A DNA stretch of 64,000 nucleotides from an uncultured Candidatus Saccharibacteria bacterium (GCA_964417855.1 CAYQJB010000001.1:230709-294708), one strand, 5' to 3'; shown: positions 1-9,587, numbered from the stretch's first letter. Program-made: numbers and translations. Notes: a model not told the origin generated them from the letters alone.

Positions 1-31
1 TGATGCAGATGGGTCTGTAGAGCTTTTTTAT

Positions 32-970
32 GTGTCTCCAGAGTATAAAAGTGTAGAGGCAGTATATGAGTTGGTGGGTCCAGAAGAGTTTTTTGTAGAA
101 CTAAACGAGCAAATTATCGAAAAGTCAGGTTTTTATGAGGGTGATTGGGGTGCTGATTTGGATGCTGTTGATTCAGAAGAAGAGGTTAAGGATAAAGAAA
201 ACCCTGTGGAAAAAAAGGAGGAGTCTGTGATTCCATATGGTATGGTTGTGGTTGGAAACAAACTTCTTTCCGCTGCGGCTGCTTTGACACTGGCTTTTAC
301 AGCTTGTAACAAAAAAACCGAAGTGGAAGCTTCTCGTTCTGGTGTTGAACATACAGCCTCTAGTCATAATATTTCAGAAAAAGCCCCAGGTTCAACCCTA
401 GTAAAAAAAGGGGGAGCAGGAACAGAGGTTTTTGAAAAATACAGCAAAGAAATATTACCTTCAGGAGATATTGAAAATGGTTTTATTAATCTAAACGACA
501 CTACAGCAGATGCTGTTGCCGCTGGTGCTTTAAAGCCTTTTTCAAACCTTGAGATTTATTCACTTGAGGGTGCCAAGAAACCCAGTGTGCAAGGTATTCC
601 ATTTAAATCTATTTGGATATTAAAAATGAGTGAAGGTAAAATCCCAAGACCTTTGATTGGTGGAAATGCAACATTTAAATCGTATTGCACTAAAAGCAAA
701 AAGGGTGCACTGGAGGTTACACCCGCCAAGATGAAAAGATACAGAGAGGATGTTGCTGCAAGTGTTTCAAGACTGGTTGCTACAAATGAAAAAGGAGAGT
801 TTAGTCAAAGTAAGTACAAGAAAATTGTAGATGAATCTGAAAAATTTGCTCACTTGGAAATCGAAGCTATTTTGGAATTCCAAAATGCAAGTCCGGCGGA
901 AAAAGCTGCTCTAGTTCAAAAATGGGTTAAACCATATCAAGGAAGAACAGGTACTACTAAAAGTAAATAG
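32..970 (+). CDS. Hypothetical protein, probably a lipoprotein. Its frame is open to the window edge, so the gene may begin upstream of the window.
   Basis: Acidic N-terminal segment, then an internal signal peptide with a lipobox (MVVVGNKLLSAAAALTLAFTAC) starting at nt 242. No family recognised. Confidence 0.4.
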   Translation: MSPEYKSVEAVYELVGPEEFFVELNEQIIEKSGFYEGDWGADLDAVDSEEEVKDKENPVEKKEESVIPYGMVVVGNKLLSAAAALTLAFTACNKKTEVEASRSGVEHTASSHNISEKAPGSTLVKKGGAGTEVFEKYSKEILPSGDIENGFINLNDTTADAVAAGALKPFSNLEIYSLEGAKKPSVQGIPFKSIWILKMSEGKIPRPLIGGNATFKSYCTKSKKGALEVTPAKMKRYREDVAASVSRLVATNEKGEFSQSKYKKIVDESEKFAHLEIEAILEFQNASPAEKAALVQKWVKPYQGRTGTTKSK

Positions 971-1008
971 TTAAAATAGATATCGCAGCCTTGTATCATT
1001 TCAGTTAA

Positions 1009-1046
1009 ACACCGATAAGTATTAGCCATACTTATCGGTGTTTTTA
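1009..1046 (+). terminator. Intrinsic terminator hairpin
   Basis: ACACCGATAAGTAT-tagcca-ATACTTATCGGTGT followed by TTTT. Confidence 0.55.
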
Positions 1047-1085
1047 CTACTAGATTTTTAATATTTTTCTGGCATCATTATATTA

Positions 1086-1595
1086 ATGAATAAGACAATA
1101 TCGTACTCAATTGAAGATACTAAGAAATTTGCTCAATTTGTTTTAGATGAGGTTTTTAGGTCTAAAAAGGAGGTTGAGTCTGCATTCCAAAATGACTCAA
1201 AAAAGGAAGCTACAGTTATAATTCTAAAAGGAGACCTTGGAGCTGGAAAAACAGCCTTTACAAAATGTGTAGGAGAAATAATTGGTATAAAAGAGGAAAT
1301 TACTAGTCCAACATTTGCAATAGAAAAGAGGTATAATATAACAAACAAAAGTGAAGATTTTGGAGGAATTGAAAATTTAATTCACATTGATGCATTTAGA
1401 CTGGAATCCGGAAAGGAAATTCTAGCAATAGACTTTGAAAGAGAGCTTAAAAACCCTAAAAATCTAATTTGTTTTGAATGGCCGGAGATGGTTTCAGATA
1501 TTGATATATTGCCCCAGGACGCTCCGATTGTTGAATTTGAATTTATTGATGAAAACACAAGAGGACTATCTTTTAGCCCAACACCCTGCGAATAG
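1086..1595 (+). CDS. tsaE: tRNA threonylcarbamoyladenosine biosynthesis ATPase TsaE (YjeE)
   Basis: Walker A motif GDLGAGKTAFTK, then SPTFAI and HIDAFRL, the motif order typical of TsaE; about 170 aa. Confidence 0.75.
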   Translation: MNKTISYSIEDTKKFAQFVLDEVFRSKKEVESAFQNDSKKEATVIILKGDLGAGKTAFTKCVGEIIGIKEEITSPTFAIEKRYNITNKSEDFGGIENLIHIDAFRLESGKEILAIDFERELKNPKNLICFEWPEMVSDIDILPQDAPIVEFEFIDENTRGLSFSPTPCE

Positions 1596-1646
1596 TGGGT
1601 GTTAAAAAAAAGTAAGGAAGTGGAGGTTTGATAAAGCAACAACAAA

Positions 1647-4193
1647 ATGATGACAAAAACAGAAAAAACAAAAGAGAAAAAAGATAAAAGTAAGTCTAAG
1701 ACGCTAGTCTTACTAGACTCGCACGCAATAATACATCGTGGTTATCATGCACTCCCTGATTTTGCTACATCAAAAGGTGTTCCAACTGGAGCACTTTATG
1801 GATTATCATCAATGTTAATTGGAATAATAGAAAAGTTTAATCCAGATTATATTGTTGCATGTTATGACCTTCCTCAACCAACATACAGACATGAGGCTTA
1901 TAAAGATTATAAAGCCGGCAGAAAAAAGAGTGATGGAGAATTGGTTGAGCAAATAAAGCTATCTCGGAAAATTTTTGAGAATTTTAATATTCCCGCATAT
2001 GACAAAGCGGGTTTTGAAGCCGATGATATGCTTGGAACTATTGTTGAACAAACAAAAGACAATCATAATCTTAAAATTATTATTGCATCAGGAGATATGG
2101 ACACACTTCAACTTGTTCGTGATAAAGAAGTTCAAGTTTTCACGCTAAAGAAAGGAATTAAAGATACTGTAACTTACGATGAGGATGCTGTTGTTGAAAG
2201 ATTTGGTTTTCTTCCAAAATATTTGCCTGACTATAAAGGTTTAAGAGGCGATCCATCAGATAATATTATTGGAATTTCTGGAATTGGAGAAAAGACAGCA
2301 ACAACTTTAATTTCTCATTTTAAAACTGTAGAGAATATATATAAAACATTAAATAAAGGTAAAACAGGGGAGAGAGATGAGAAGGGTATTGCTGAAATAA
2401 AGAAGCTGGGAATTACAGACAGAATCATTGATTTACTTGTTAATGGTGAAGATGAAGCTATATTCAGTAAAATGCTTGCGACAATCAGGCGGGATGCTCC
2501 AATTAAGTTTGAATTACCAGAACAAGCATGGAAGGAGTCATTTGATATTAAAAAAGCACAACAAGTTTTTGATGAATTTGAATTTAGAGTTCTTGGTGCT
2601 CGACTTAATAATATAATAGAAAGGAATAACGGAACACAAGTAGAAGGGCAAGTTTCTGGACAAAGTAATGGAGTAGTTGTTGTATCTAAGAAAAAAGCTG
2701 ATTTGATTGTAGAAAAAGAAGAAGAGGAAGAGGGAATTACAGAAGAACAAAAGAAAAAAGTTTGTATCGCTTTATGGGTTCTAAATTCCAGTCTAACAAA
2801 CCCATCTTATGATGATGTTATGAGATACTCAAAATCTAAGAAATACGCAGATATTGAGAAATATCTTTTGTCAGAGATTGAAAAACAAGGTTTAACCAAA
2901 GTCTTGAAAGATATTGAATGGCCACTAATTCCTGTTGTGGAAAAGATGGAAGAAGATGGAATATTGATTGATAAAAAATATCTTAAAAAATTATCTGAAG
3001 ATTATCATGTCGAACTAGCAAGGCTAGAAAAAGAGATTTGGGAAATGGCTGGTAGAGAATTCAATGTTGATTCACCAAAACAATTAGGTGTTGTTATTTT
3101 TGAGGAAATGAATCTTGGGGAAGGCTTGGGAGCAAAACGTTTGAAAAAGACAGCTTCAGGGGCAAGATCAACAAAAGAATCAGAGTTAGAGAAAATGAAG
3201 GGGGTACATCCAATAATCGATAAGATTCTTGAATACAGAGAGTTGGCAAAACTTTTGTCTACATATATTGATCCTTTGCCAAAACTAACTGATTCTAAAG
3301 ACAGGCTACATGCTAAGTTTTTACAAGCTGGTACAACAACAGGTAGAATGTCATCCCAGAGTCCAAATCTACAGAATATTCCAATAAAAACTGAATTAGG
3401 CCGCAGAGTTAGAGGTGGATTTATTGCAGAAAAAGGTCATGTATTACTTTCTTTTGATTATTCCCAAATTGAATTAAGAATAGCCGCTATAATGACGGAG
3501 GATAAAAATCTGATCGATATTTTTAAGAAAGGTCACGATGTACACACTGGAGTTGCATCAAAAGTTTTTGGAGTAGAAGAATCTGAGGTTACAAAAGAAA
3601 TGAGAAGAAAAGCAAAGGTTATTAACTTTGGAATACTTTATGGAATGGGAGTAAATGCACTTAAAACTAATTTAGGTGGAACAAAGGAAGAGGCTCAAAC
3701 TTTTTACAATGAATATTTTAAGACCTTTGTTGGTGTTGCTGAATTTATAGAGAATACAAAAAAGTTTGCTGAGCAGAATGGTTACACAGAGACTCTGTTT
3801 GGAAGAAGAAGATACTTTGAGGGTATAAGGTCCAAGTTGCCTTTTATTAGGGCTGCAGCGGAGCGTATGGCCATCAATGCACCCCTTCAGGGAACATCTG
3901 CTGACATTATTAAGATCGCTATGCGCAATGTTTACGATTTAATAAATGATTCAAAGAATAAGGAAATATTTGGTAAGGTAAAAATGTTATTACAGGTTCA
4001 TGACGAACTTGTTTTTGAAGTAGAGGATAACAAGGAGTTTATTAAAAAAGTTTCAAAGAAGATTCAGGATCATATGCAGGACATACTATCAGATAGTCAA
4101 TCAAAAGGTGTACCTCTTGTTACATCTGCTAATATTGGTATGAATTGGGGAGAGATGAGTGCAATTGAAGACTTTATTAATGATTCAAAATAA
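1647..4193 (+). CDS. polA: DNA polymerase I
   Basis: N-terminal 5'-3' exonuclease domain. Polymerase motifs RRKAKVINFGILYGMG and QVHDELVFE. Confidence 0.9.
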   Translation: MMTKTEKTKEKKDKSKSKTLVLLDSHAIIHRGYHALPDFATSKGVPTGALYGLSSMLIGIIEKFNPDYIVACYDLPQPTYRHEAYKDYKAGRKKSDGELVEQIKLSRKIFENFNIPAYDKAGFEADDMLGTIVEQTKDNHNLKIIIASGDMDTLQLVRDKEVQVFTLKKGIKDTVTYDEDAVVERFGFLPKYLPDYKGLRGDPSDNIIGISGIGEKTATTLISHFKTVENIYKTLNKGKTGERDEKGIAEIKKLGITDRIIDLLVNGEDEAIFSKMLATIRRDAPIKFELPEQAWKESFDIKKAQQVFDEFEFRVLGARLNNIIERNNGTQVEGQVSGQSNGVVVVSKKKADLIVEKEEEEEGITEEQKKKVCIALWVLNSSLTNPSYDDVMRYSKSKKYADIEKYLLSEIEKQGLTKVLKDIEWPLIPVVEKMEEDGILIDKKYLKKLSEDYHVELARLEKEIWEMAGREFNVDSPKQLGVVIFEEMNLGEGLGAKRLKKTASGARSTKESELEKMKGVHPIIDKILEYRELAKLLSTYIDPLPKLTDSKDRLHAKFLQAGTTTGRMSSQSPNLQNIPIKTELGRRVRGGFIAEKGHVLLSFDYSQIELRIAAIMTEDKNLIDIFKKGHDVHTGVASKVFGVEESEVTKEMRRKAKVINFGILYGMGVNALKTNLGGTKEEAQTFYNEYFKTFVGVAEFIENTKKFAEQNGYTETLFGRRRYFEGIRSKLPFIRAAAERMAINAPLQGTSADIIKIAMRNVYDLINDSKNKEIFGKVKMLLQVHDELVFEVEDNKEFIKKVSKKIQDHMQDILSDSQSKGVPLVTSANIGMNWGEMSAIEDFINDSK

Positions 4194-4217
4194 ATTACAT
4201 TTAACTCAATAACTTTA

Positions 4218-4955
4218 ATGCTTTATTTAATTCACGGTACAAATACAAACAAAGTCCGAGCTAAACAAAAAGAGCTTATTGGTATTATGCAGAGTAAGCA
4301 ACCAAATGTTTCATTGTATAAAGTAACAACTGAGAATTGGAGTGAAATCATGATGGATGAGTTAATGTCCAGTCAGGGTCTGTTTCTTGCAAAATATATA
4401 GTTACTTTGGATAAGATATTGGAAGATAAAGAGATTGGTCCAACTGTTGTTAAGGTTTTGAAAGAATTAAAAGAAAGTGATCACGCTTGGATAATTATTG
4501 AAGAAAAAATACTTTCTGTAAATCTAAAAAAAATAGAGAAGTTGGCGCAAAAGGTTTACGATTTTAATGAGACTACCGAAGGGGTAGGTGGGGGAACTTT
4601 GGCTAAAAAACAAAAACCTACAGCATTTAACTTTGCAGAACAGTTTGCTGCAAAGAATAAGGTTGGAGCGTGGAAAGAATTTTTACAATTAAAAGAAGCT
4701 GAGCTTGCAGGGGAGGAAATTCATGGAGTCTTGTGGTGGCAAATGAAGTCTGTGTATTTGGCTAAGTTTTGTAAAACAGCGGAGGAGACTGGGTTAGCCC
4801 CATACTCTTATACTAAAGCATTAAGATTATCCAAAGGGTGGGAATTAAAAGAGTTAAATAATTTAATGGATAGTTTAGTTGGGATGTATCATGAGGCACA
4901 CAGAGGAAATGGGGACTTATTGGTAGGTTTGGAGAAAGCATCGCTAACACTGTAG
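4218..4955 (+). CDS. Putative DNA polymerase III delta subunit-like protein
   Basis: N-terminal MLYLIHGTN...LFLAKYIV pattern resembles HolA clamp-loader delta; the match is weak. Confidence 0.35.
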   Translation: MLYLIHGTNTNKVRAKQKELIGIMQSKQPNVSLYKVTTENWSEIMMDELMSSQGLFLAKYIVTLDKILEDKEIGPTVVKVLKELKESDHAWIIIEEKILSVNLKKIEKLAQKVYDFNETTEGVGGGTLAKKQKPTAFNFAEQFAAKNKVGAWKEFLQLKEAELAGEEIHGVLWWQMKSVYLAKFCKTAEETGLAPYSYTKALRLSKGWELKELNNLMDSLVGMYHEAHRGNGDLLVGLEKASLTL

Positions 4956-5011
4956 AAAAGGCCTATTTCAGCGTCAGGCGAAGATGTTGGATTATATAAC
5001 TTAATAAGTAT

Positions 5012-5055
5012 TTGCAAAAATAGAGTAACTTTATAAAGTTACTCTATTTTTGCAA
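5012..5055. promoter_or_regulatory. Perfect 44-nt palindrome (operator or bidirectional hairpin) upstream of the fic gene
   Basis: TTGCAAAAATAGAGTAACTTTA|TAAAGTTACTCTATTTTTGCAA. Its core AACTTTATAAAGTT is repeated again at 5056-5069. Confidence 0.6.
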
Positions 5056-5110
5056 AACTTTATAAAGTTTGCTAATATACAAGTATTCCAATAATTCATA
5101 AATAAACCTT

Positions 5111-6058
5111 ATGACAATATCTAAAAAACTAGAAACAATTCAAAAAGCCTTATGTTTAACACAATCCAAACTTGCTGAAAAAGTTGGGGTGTCTTTTCCT
5201 TCGTTAAATAGTTGGATGTCTGGTAAAAGTATTCCAAGATCCAAAAATAGTAAAATTATTGAGGATTTATTTCTGGAAGTTACGGGTCAAAAGCAAATCC
5301 CAGAAGAAAATTTACAAAGAAAGAAGCGTATACTCCTTTATAAAACCTTAGGGTATAAAAGTGTGTTACGTGAAGTCTTAAACAACCCTGATATTAGAGA
5401 TCAATTTGTTCTTAAGCTTACCTATCATAGTAATAGTATTGAAGGTAGCACCCTAACTGAATCGAACACAGCCTCGATTATTTTTAACGATATTGCTCTA
5501 GCAAACAAAAGTCTTGTTGAGCACTTGGAAGCAAAAAACCATCAGACTGCATTGTTGTATATCTTTGACTATTTAAATAAGGGACAAAAAATAGATGAAA
5601 ATTTAATACTTAAACTACATAGTATTTTAATGAATGGTATTAGGCCTGATGCTGGAGTATATAGAAATCACACCGTTAGAATTGTTGGTGTTCATTTACC
5701 AACTTCAAATTACATGAGTATTCAGAAGAATATTAGCGAACTTATAAGTTTTGCCGAAAAGGTGTTAAGCAAGAACAAGCCGGATATTATTTTTCTAATA
5801 TCAAGATTTCATAGTAGATTTGAACAAATATACCCCTTCTCTGATGGAAACGGGAGGGTTGGAAGATTATTAATGAATGCTTTCCTTCTTAATTTTAATA
5901 TTGCCCCAGCCATTATAAGGCAAGAGAAAAAACAACTTTATTATACTTACTTGTATAAGTCTCAAACAAAAGATGATTATAGTCAATTTGAGGACTACGT
6001 TTGTGATGCAATAATGGATGGATTTATGGTTCTGGAGAGGGAGGACACAGTTTGGTAA
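5111..6058 (+). CDS. Fic/Doc family protein with an N-terminal XRE-like HTH
   Basis: Fic motif HPFSDGNGRVGRLLMN. The N-terminus (LTQSKLAEKVGVSFPSLNSWMSGKSIP) looks like a helix-turn-helix. Confidence 0.85.
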   Translation: MTISKKLETIQKALCLTQSKLAEKVGVSFPSLNSWMSGKSIPRSKNSKIIEDLFLEVTGQKQIPEENLQRKKRILLYKTLGYKSVLREVLNNPDIRDQFVLKLTYHSNSIEGSTLTESNTASIIFNDIALANKSLVEHLEAKNHQTALLYIFDYLNKGQKIDENLILKLHSILMNGIRPDAGVYRNHTVRIVGVHLPTSNYMSIQKNISELISFAEKVLSKNKPDIIFLISRFHSRFEQIYPFSDGNGRVGRLLMNAFLLNFNIAPAIIRQEKKQLYYTYLYKSQTKDDYSQFEDYVCDAIMDGFMVLEREDTVW

Positions 6059-6080
6059 TCCAAAAAAATGTGCCAATTTG

Positions 6081-6153
6081 TCCGCTCGGTAGGAATCGAA
6101 CCTACGACCCTCTGCTTAAAAGGCAGGTGCTCTACCGACTGAGCTACGAGCGG
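6081..6153 (-). tRNA. tRNA-Lys (anticodon UUU)
   Basis: The reverse complement folds as a cloverleaf: acceptor CCGCTCG/CGAGCGG, D-arm GCTCAGTCGGTAGAGC, anticodon loop CUUUUAA, T-arm GGTTCGATTCC. No encoded CCA. Confidence 0.85.
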
Positions 6154-6166
6154 ATATATATTTGAT

Positions 6167-6769
6167 TTGTTTCTATCGTCAAATAATGTTAAAACTATAT
6201 CAAAAAATCAAGAAATGTCTATTATTAAACACAATAATGAGTTAGAAGGCCCAGAAACAGTGGTCAAAGCTTCAAAAAAGCCTAATTTTGATGTAGTTGT
6301 TGTTTTGCCTGACATAAGAAGCGCTCATAATGTTGGTTCTGTTTTTAGAACATCAGATGCGGCTGGGGTGAATAATATATATATATCTGGTTATTCTCCG
6401 ACCCCATTAAATAAGTTTAATAGACCTCAGCCTGAAATTGCAAAAACAGCATTGGGTGCAGAAAAGAGTATTCCTTGGAAATATTTTGAGAGTCATACTT
6501 CAATGTTAAATAGTCTAAAAAAGGATGGTTTCAAAATTGTTGCAGTGGAACAAACGAAGGACTCAGTAAGTTATAAGAATTTAAATCTTATCGATTTTTT
6601 GGATGGTGGTAAAAAAGTTGCCTTTATCTTTGGTAATGAAGTTGATGGGTTGCCAAAAAAGATTTTGAGTAAAGTCGATATTTGTGTGGAGCTACCAATG
6701 AAGGGGATGAAGGAGTCCTTAAATGTTTCAGTCACAGCCGGAATCGTGCTTTTTCAATACTTAGTCTAA
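6167..6769 (+). CDS. SpoU/TrmH-family RNA 2'-O-methyltransferase
   Basis: SPOUT motifs VVVLPDIRSAHNVGSVFRTSDAAG ... IFGNEVDGLP ... LNVSVTAGIVLFQ. Confidence 0.75.
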   Translation: MFLSSNNVKTISKNQEMSIIKHNNELEGPETVVKASKKPNFDVVVVLPDIRSAHNVGSVFRTSDAAGVNNIYISGYSPTPLNKFNRPQPEIAKTALGAEKSIPWKYFESHTSMLNSLKKDGFKIVAVEQTKDSVSYKNLNLIDFLDGGKKVAFIFGNEVDGLPKKILSKVDICVELPMKGMKESLNVSVTAGIVLFQYLV

Positions 6770-7728
6770 TTATATTTTATTTGATGATGGTCACAATAGT
6801 GTGTACCTCTTCCTCCTACTACTATTCTTTTAATATTGCCATCGCAGCCTTTTTTGCTGCACTTTTGATTTGTCTTTCTATAGGCATTGTGCTTTTCTTG
6901 AAACGAACCTTTTTCTCCGTCTATATTTCTGTAGTCTGACATAGAATCTCCTCCAAAATCAATTCCGTTTCTTAATACTGTTTGAATAGAGGTAAATAAT
7001 TTTTTGAGATTTATTGTGCTTATTTTTTTGACTAGGCTCTCTGGGTGAATATTTGATAGCCATAGAGATTCATCTGAATAAATATTTCCTATTCCTGCGA
7101 TAATTGTTTGGTCTAGTAAAACACTTTTTATTTTACCGTTTGGTTTTTTAAGTAGGCAAGACTTAAAATCATCGAAAGTAAATTTTTCTTCTAGTGGTTC
7201 TGGTCCTAGGTGCGCCAAGTCAGGGGAGTGAAATATTTTATCTGTTTTTATTACAGTTACCTTGGCAAATTTTCTTGTATCAGATAGAACTAGATGCTTG
7301 TTGTTTTTTAAAGTCTTCGTTTTGCTTGTACTAGGGCTTTCAAGGCTAAAAACAAGTCTTATGTGTGAATTAAAAGGATCGTTTAATGATTTGTTGTCTT
7401 TATCTACAGGTACCCAAGGGTCATCCTTCTTTTTTCCAACCGCAGCATATTCACCAAACATTAAATGACCAGTCATTTTCATGTGTATTAATATCGTTTC
7501 ATCATTACTTAAGTTTATTAGAATATTTTTTGCCCGTCTTTCTGCGCTCTTAATTGTTGTTCCTATTATTCTTTTTTTAAATTCAGTAAAAAAATCTGGG
7601 TCTTTTATGTTTTGTTTTGATTTATAGTATGAACTGTTGTAAATACTCCATACACTCACAATCTTAAATCCCTTAACCTTTCGATTAATTCCATTAACTG
7701 TCGTTTGTACCTCAGGTAGTTCTGGCAT
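6766..7728 (-). CDS. Formamidopyrimidine-DNA glycosylase / endonuclease VIII family (Fpg/Nei)
   Basis: N-terminal MPELPEV catalytic start and a C-terminal zinc finger (C..C...C..H-rich CSKKGCDGNIKRIVVGGRGTHYC). Confidence 0.8.
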   Translation of the reverse strand: MPELPEVQTTVNGINRKVKGFKIVSVWSIYNSSYYKSKQNIKDPDFFTEFKKRIIGTTIKSAERRAKNILINLSNDETILIHMKMTGHLMFGEYAAVGKKKDDPWVPVDKDNKSLNDPFNSHIRLVFSLESPSTSKTKTLKNNKHLVLSDTRKFAKVTVIKTDKIFHSPDLAHLGPEPLEEKFTFDDFKSCLLKKPNGKIKSVLLDQTIIAGIGNIYSDESLWLSNIHPESLVKKISTINLKKLFTSIQTVLRNGIDFGGDSMSDYRNIDGEKGSFQEKHNAYRKTNQKCSKKGCDGNIKRIVVGGRGTHYCDHHQIKYN

Positions 7729-7744
7729 GGAAGTTAAGTTGTGT

Positions 7745-8350
7745 TTAGGCTAAAACTTTTAATGTAGCCTTCAGTATTGTTCCTACATCCTTTGTATCCT
7801 TGATTTCTTTTGAAATATTATCAAGTGCGTCACGAGCTTCTTTTTGTGTGTAACCAAGCGCTTTAAGTGCTTCAAGTGCTTCAAGTTCAGAGCTTCTGCC
7901 TTGTTTGTTGTAGTATGTTGAGTCTTTTTCCTCATCGCTTTCCAAAACTTTACCTTTAAGTTCTAATACAATTTTTTCAGCAATTTTTTTACTTATACCA
8001 GCAATGCCTGTTAGGTATGATGAATCTTGAGAGGTGATAGCCTGTCTTAAGTTTTGTACATTTGCAAGACCTAGAATGTTTAAGGCTGACTTTGGTCCGA
8101 TTCCAGAAACACTAAGTAGAAGGTTGAAGAAATCTAAAGCTTCTTTATTTTTAAAACCATATAGATCTATAGCGTCATCTTTTACAACAGTATGAATCCA
8201 AAGTTCTACATGAGATTCCGCCTCCTTTTCAAATATAAAATCTGGTGTTACATAAACTTTATAACCAACACCATTTAGGCCGTTCCCTGTATTTATTATA
8301 AGGAACTTTGAATCTTTATAGAATATTTCTCCCTTTAGGTATCCAATCAT
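7745..8350 (-). CDS. ruvA: Holliday junction branch-migration protein RuvA
   Basis: N-terminal MIGYLKGEI and the HhH segment LLSVSGIGPKSALNIL; about 200 aa. Confidence 0.9.
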   Translation of the reverse strand: MIGYLKGEIFYKDSKFLIINTGNGLNGVGYKVYVTPDFIFEKEAESHVELWIHTVVKDDAIDLYGFKNKEALDFFNLLLSVSGIGPKSALNILGLANVQNLRQAITSQDSSYLTGIAGISKKIAEKIVLELKGKVLESDEEKDSTYYNKQGRSSELEALEALKALGYTQKEARDALDNISKEIKDTKDVGTILKATLKVLA

Positions 8351-8414
8351 ATTGGTATTGTAACATATATAAGGACTTGTTAATTAAATTAAAAAGTTGT
8401 AGGATTTTTGAGGG

Positions 8415-8442
8415 AATAGGGTTGGAACCCTATTTGTTTTTT
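8415..8442 (+). terminator. Hairpin plus T-tract (terminator or attenuator-like) at the 5' edge of the atypical cassette
   Basis: AATAGGGTT-GG-AACCCTATT followed by TGTTTTTT. No + strand gene lies upstream. Confidence 0.45.
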
Positions 8443-8469
8443 GAGTTTAAAACAAACATATAACCAGCT

Positions 8470-9114
8470 ATGAGCTATAGAACACAAATGAGAGTAGATC
8501 ATCCTGTTTTGAGCGGTCACGCTTTGAGAAGGGCGGGAAGAAGTCTTCGTTCTTATGAGATTGGAGACTTGTTACACTGGAATCGAGCTGTGGAAGTCAG
8601 GCAGGATGATCCAAGTTTGATGGATCGAAAGAAGTATAATTTTTGGAATTCAGTGCTTGATACGCACATGATAGCAGTGGTTTCCAAGGATTTGTGTGTG
8701 GTGACAGCCTACCCCGACGAGCACAAGTTGAGCCATCGGGAAAATACAGGTACAATGGTATCTCTTGCAAAGAATCCATTCTATCTTCCTGTGTTTAATA
8801 CACCGCTTTGCGGAAAGGTAAACATCACAGTTGTGGCCCAAAGTAACTGGTCTAAGAAAGGGGAAAGCCCTACCACGTTTGTCGCAGGCCGCATTTTTAA
8901 AGCCGGTAAGACTTGCCGAGTTTGGCAGGCATTACAAAACAACACATGGGGCGGAATTGTTAATTCTATTTGTCGTTCTGAACTGAAGGGTCTTTTGCCT
9001 TTAGGACTTTATGTGGACGGCATCAAGATACCGATATCTGCTGTTTTGAACAGAAGGTGTCATAATGAAGGACGAATTGTTGTGCCTTGGGCATTCAGGG
9101 TTGCCCATAATTGA
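8470..9114 (+). other. Atypical 214-codon ORF, or alternatively a structured RNA. It is compositionally foreign and its function is unknown.
   Basis: Visibly higher G+C than the flanks. The predicted protein is rich in Trp, Cys, His and Arg, unlike the neighbouring lysine-rich proteins. It has no SD motif and antisense ORFs overlap it. Intrinsic terminators bound it at 8415-8442 and 9140-9170. Confidence 0.3.
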
Positions 9115-9139
9115 GTTTTTGATTTGTAGTGTTTTTTTG

Positions 9140-9170
9140 AAGCCCGGCGCGTGAGCGCCGGGCTTTTCTC
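9140..9170 (+). terminator. Strong GC-rich intrinsic terminator
   Basis: GCCCGGCGC-GTGA-GCGCCGGGC followed by TTTTCTC. Confidence 0.7.
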
Positions 9171-9249
9171 ATACCCAAAAAAGCTTCTGAGTCATACTTG
9201 TCGCCAAGTATTGTCAAAAATTCATTTCTCTGCTATTGTTCCTGTACAT

Positions 9250-9510
9250 ATGCCAATAACCCAATCAGCAAAAAAAGCACTTAGAGGCTCAGAAAGAAAG
9301 CGAGTTGTTAATGTTCGCCGTAAGAAGAAAGTTGACATTGCAGTTAAGGATGTTAAGAAGCTTACAGTTACTAACAAAACAGACGCTCAAGCTATGCTAT
9401 CAAAGGCTTACAAGGAATTAGATAAGGCTGCAAAAAACGGTCTTATTAAAAAAGGTGCCGCAGATAGAAAGAAGTCAAGATTAAGTAAGATGGTAAAGAA
9501 GTTAGGCTAG
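9250..9510 (+). CDS. rpsT: 30S ribosomal protein S20
   Basis: MPITQSAKKALRGSERKRVVN...KAYKELDKAAKNGLIKKGAADRKKSRLSK. The tracked ORF starts at 9151, but the homology begins at the internal Met. Confidence 0.85.
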   Translation: MPITQSAKKALRGSERKRVVNVRRKKKVDIAVKDVKKLTVTNKTDAQAMLSKAYKELDKAAKNGLIKKGAADRKKSRLSKMVKKLG

Positions 9511-9537
9511 TCAAATAGTTTAATTATTTAACAAAAC

Positions 9538-9570
9538 AAAAGGCCTTAAAAAGGGCCTTTTGTTTTGTTT
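9538..9570. terminator. Bidirectional terminator between convergent genes
   Basis: AAAAGGCC-TTAAAAAG-GGCCTTTT with an A-tract before it and a T-tract after it. Confidence 0.6.
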
Positions 9571-9587
9571 TCAACGTTTGAATAAAA

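Noticed and set aside
6682-7468. Small + strand ORFs at 6682..6939 and 7262..7468.
   Set aside because: They are antisense to the well-supported Fpg/Nei gene on the minus strand.
8597-8841. Two short minus-strand ORFs (60 and 63 aa) inside the atypical cassette.
   Set aside because: They are antisense to the 214-codon + ORF and have no features. They are probably a by-product of the higher local G+C.
8470-9114. Whether the cassette is RNase P RNA, tmRNA or SRP RNA.
   Set aside because: I could not find the P4/CR-I (GGAAAGUCCGGGC), CR-V (ACAGAAnCCGGCUUA), tmRNA tRNA-like T-arm or ...ALAA tag-coding hallmarks. The question is left open rather than called.
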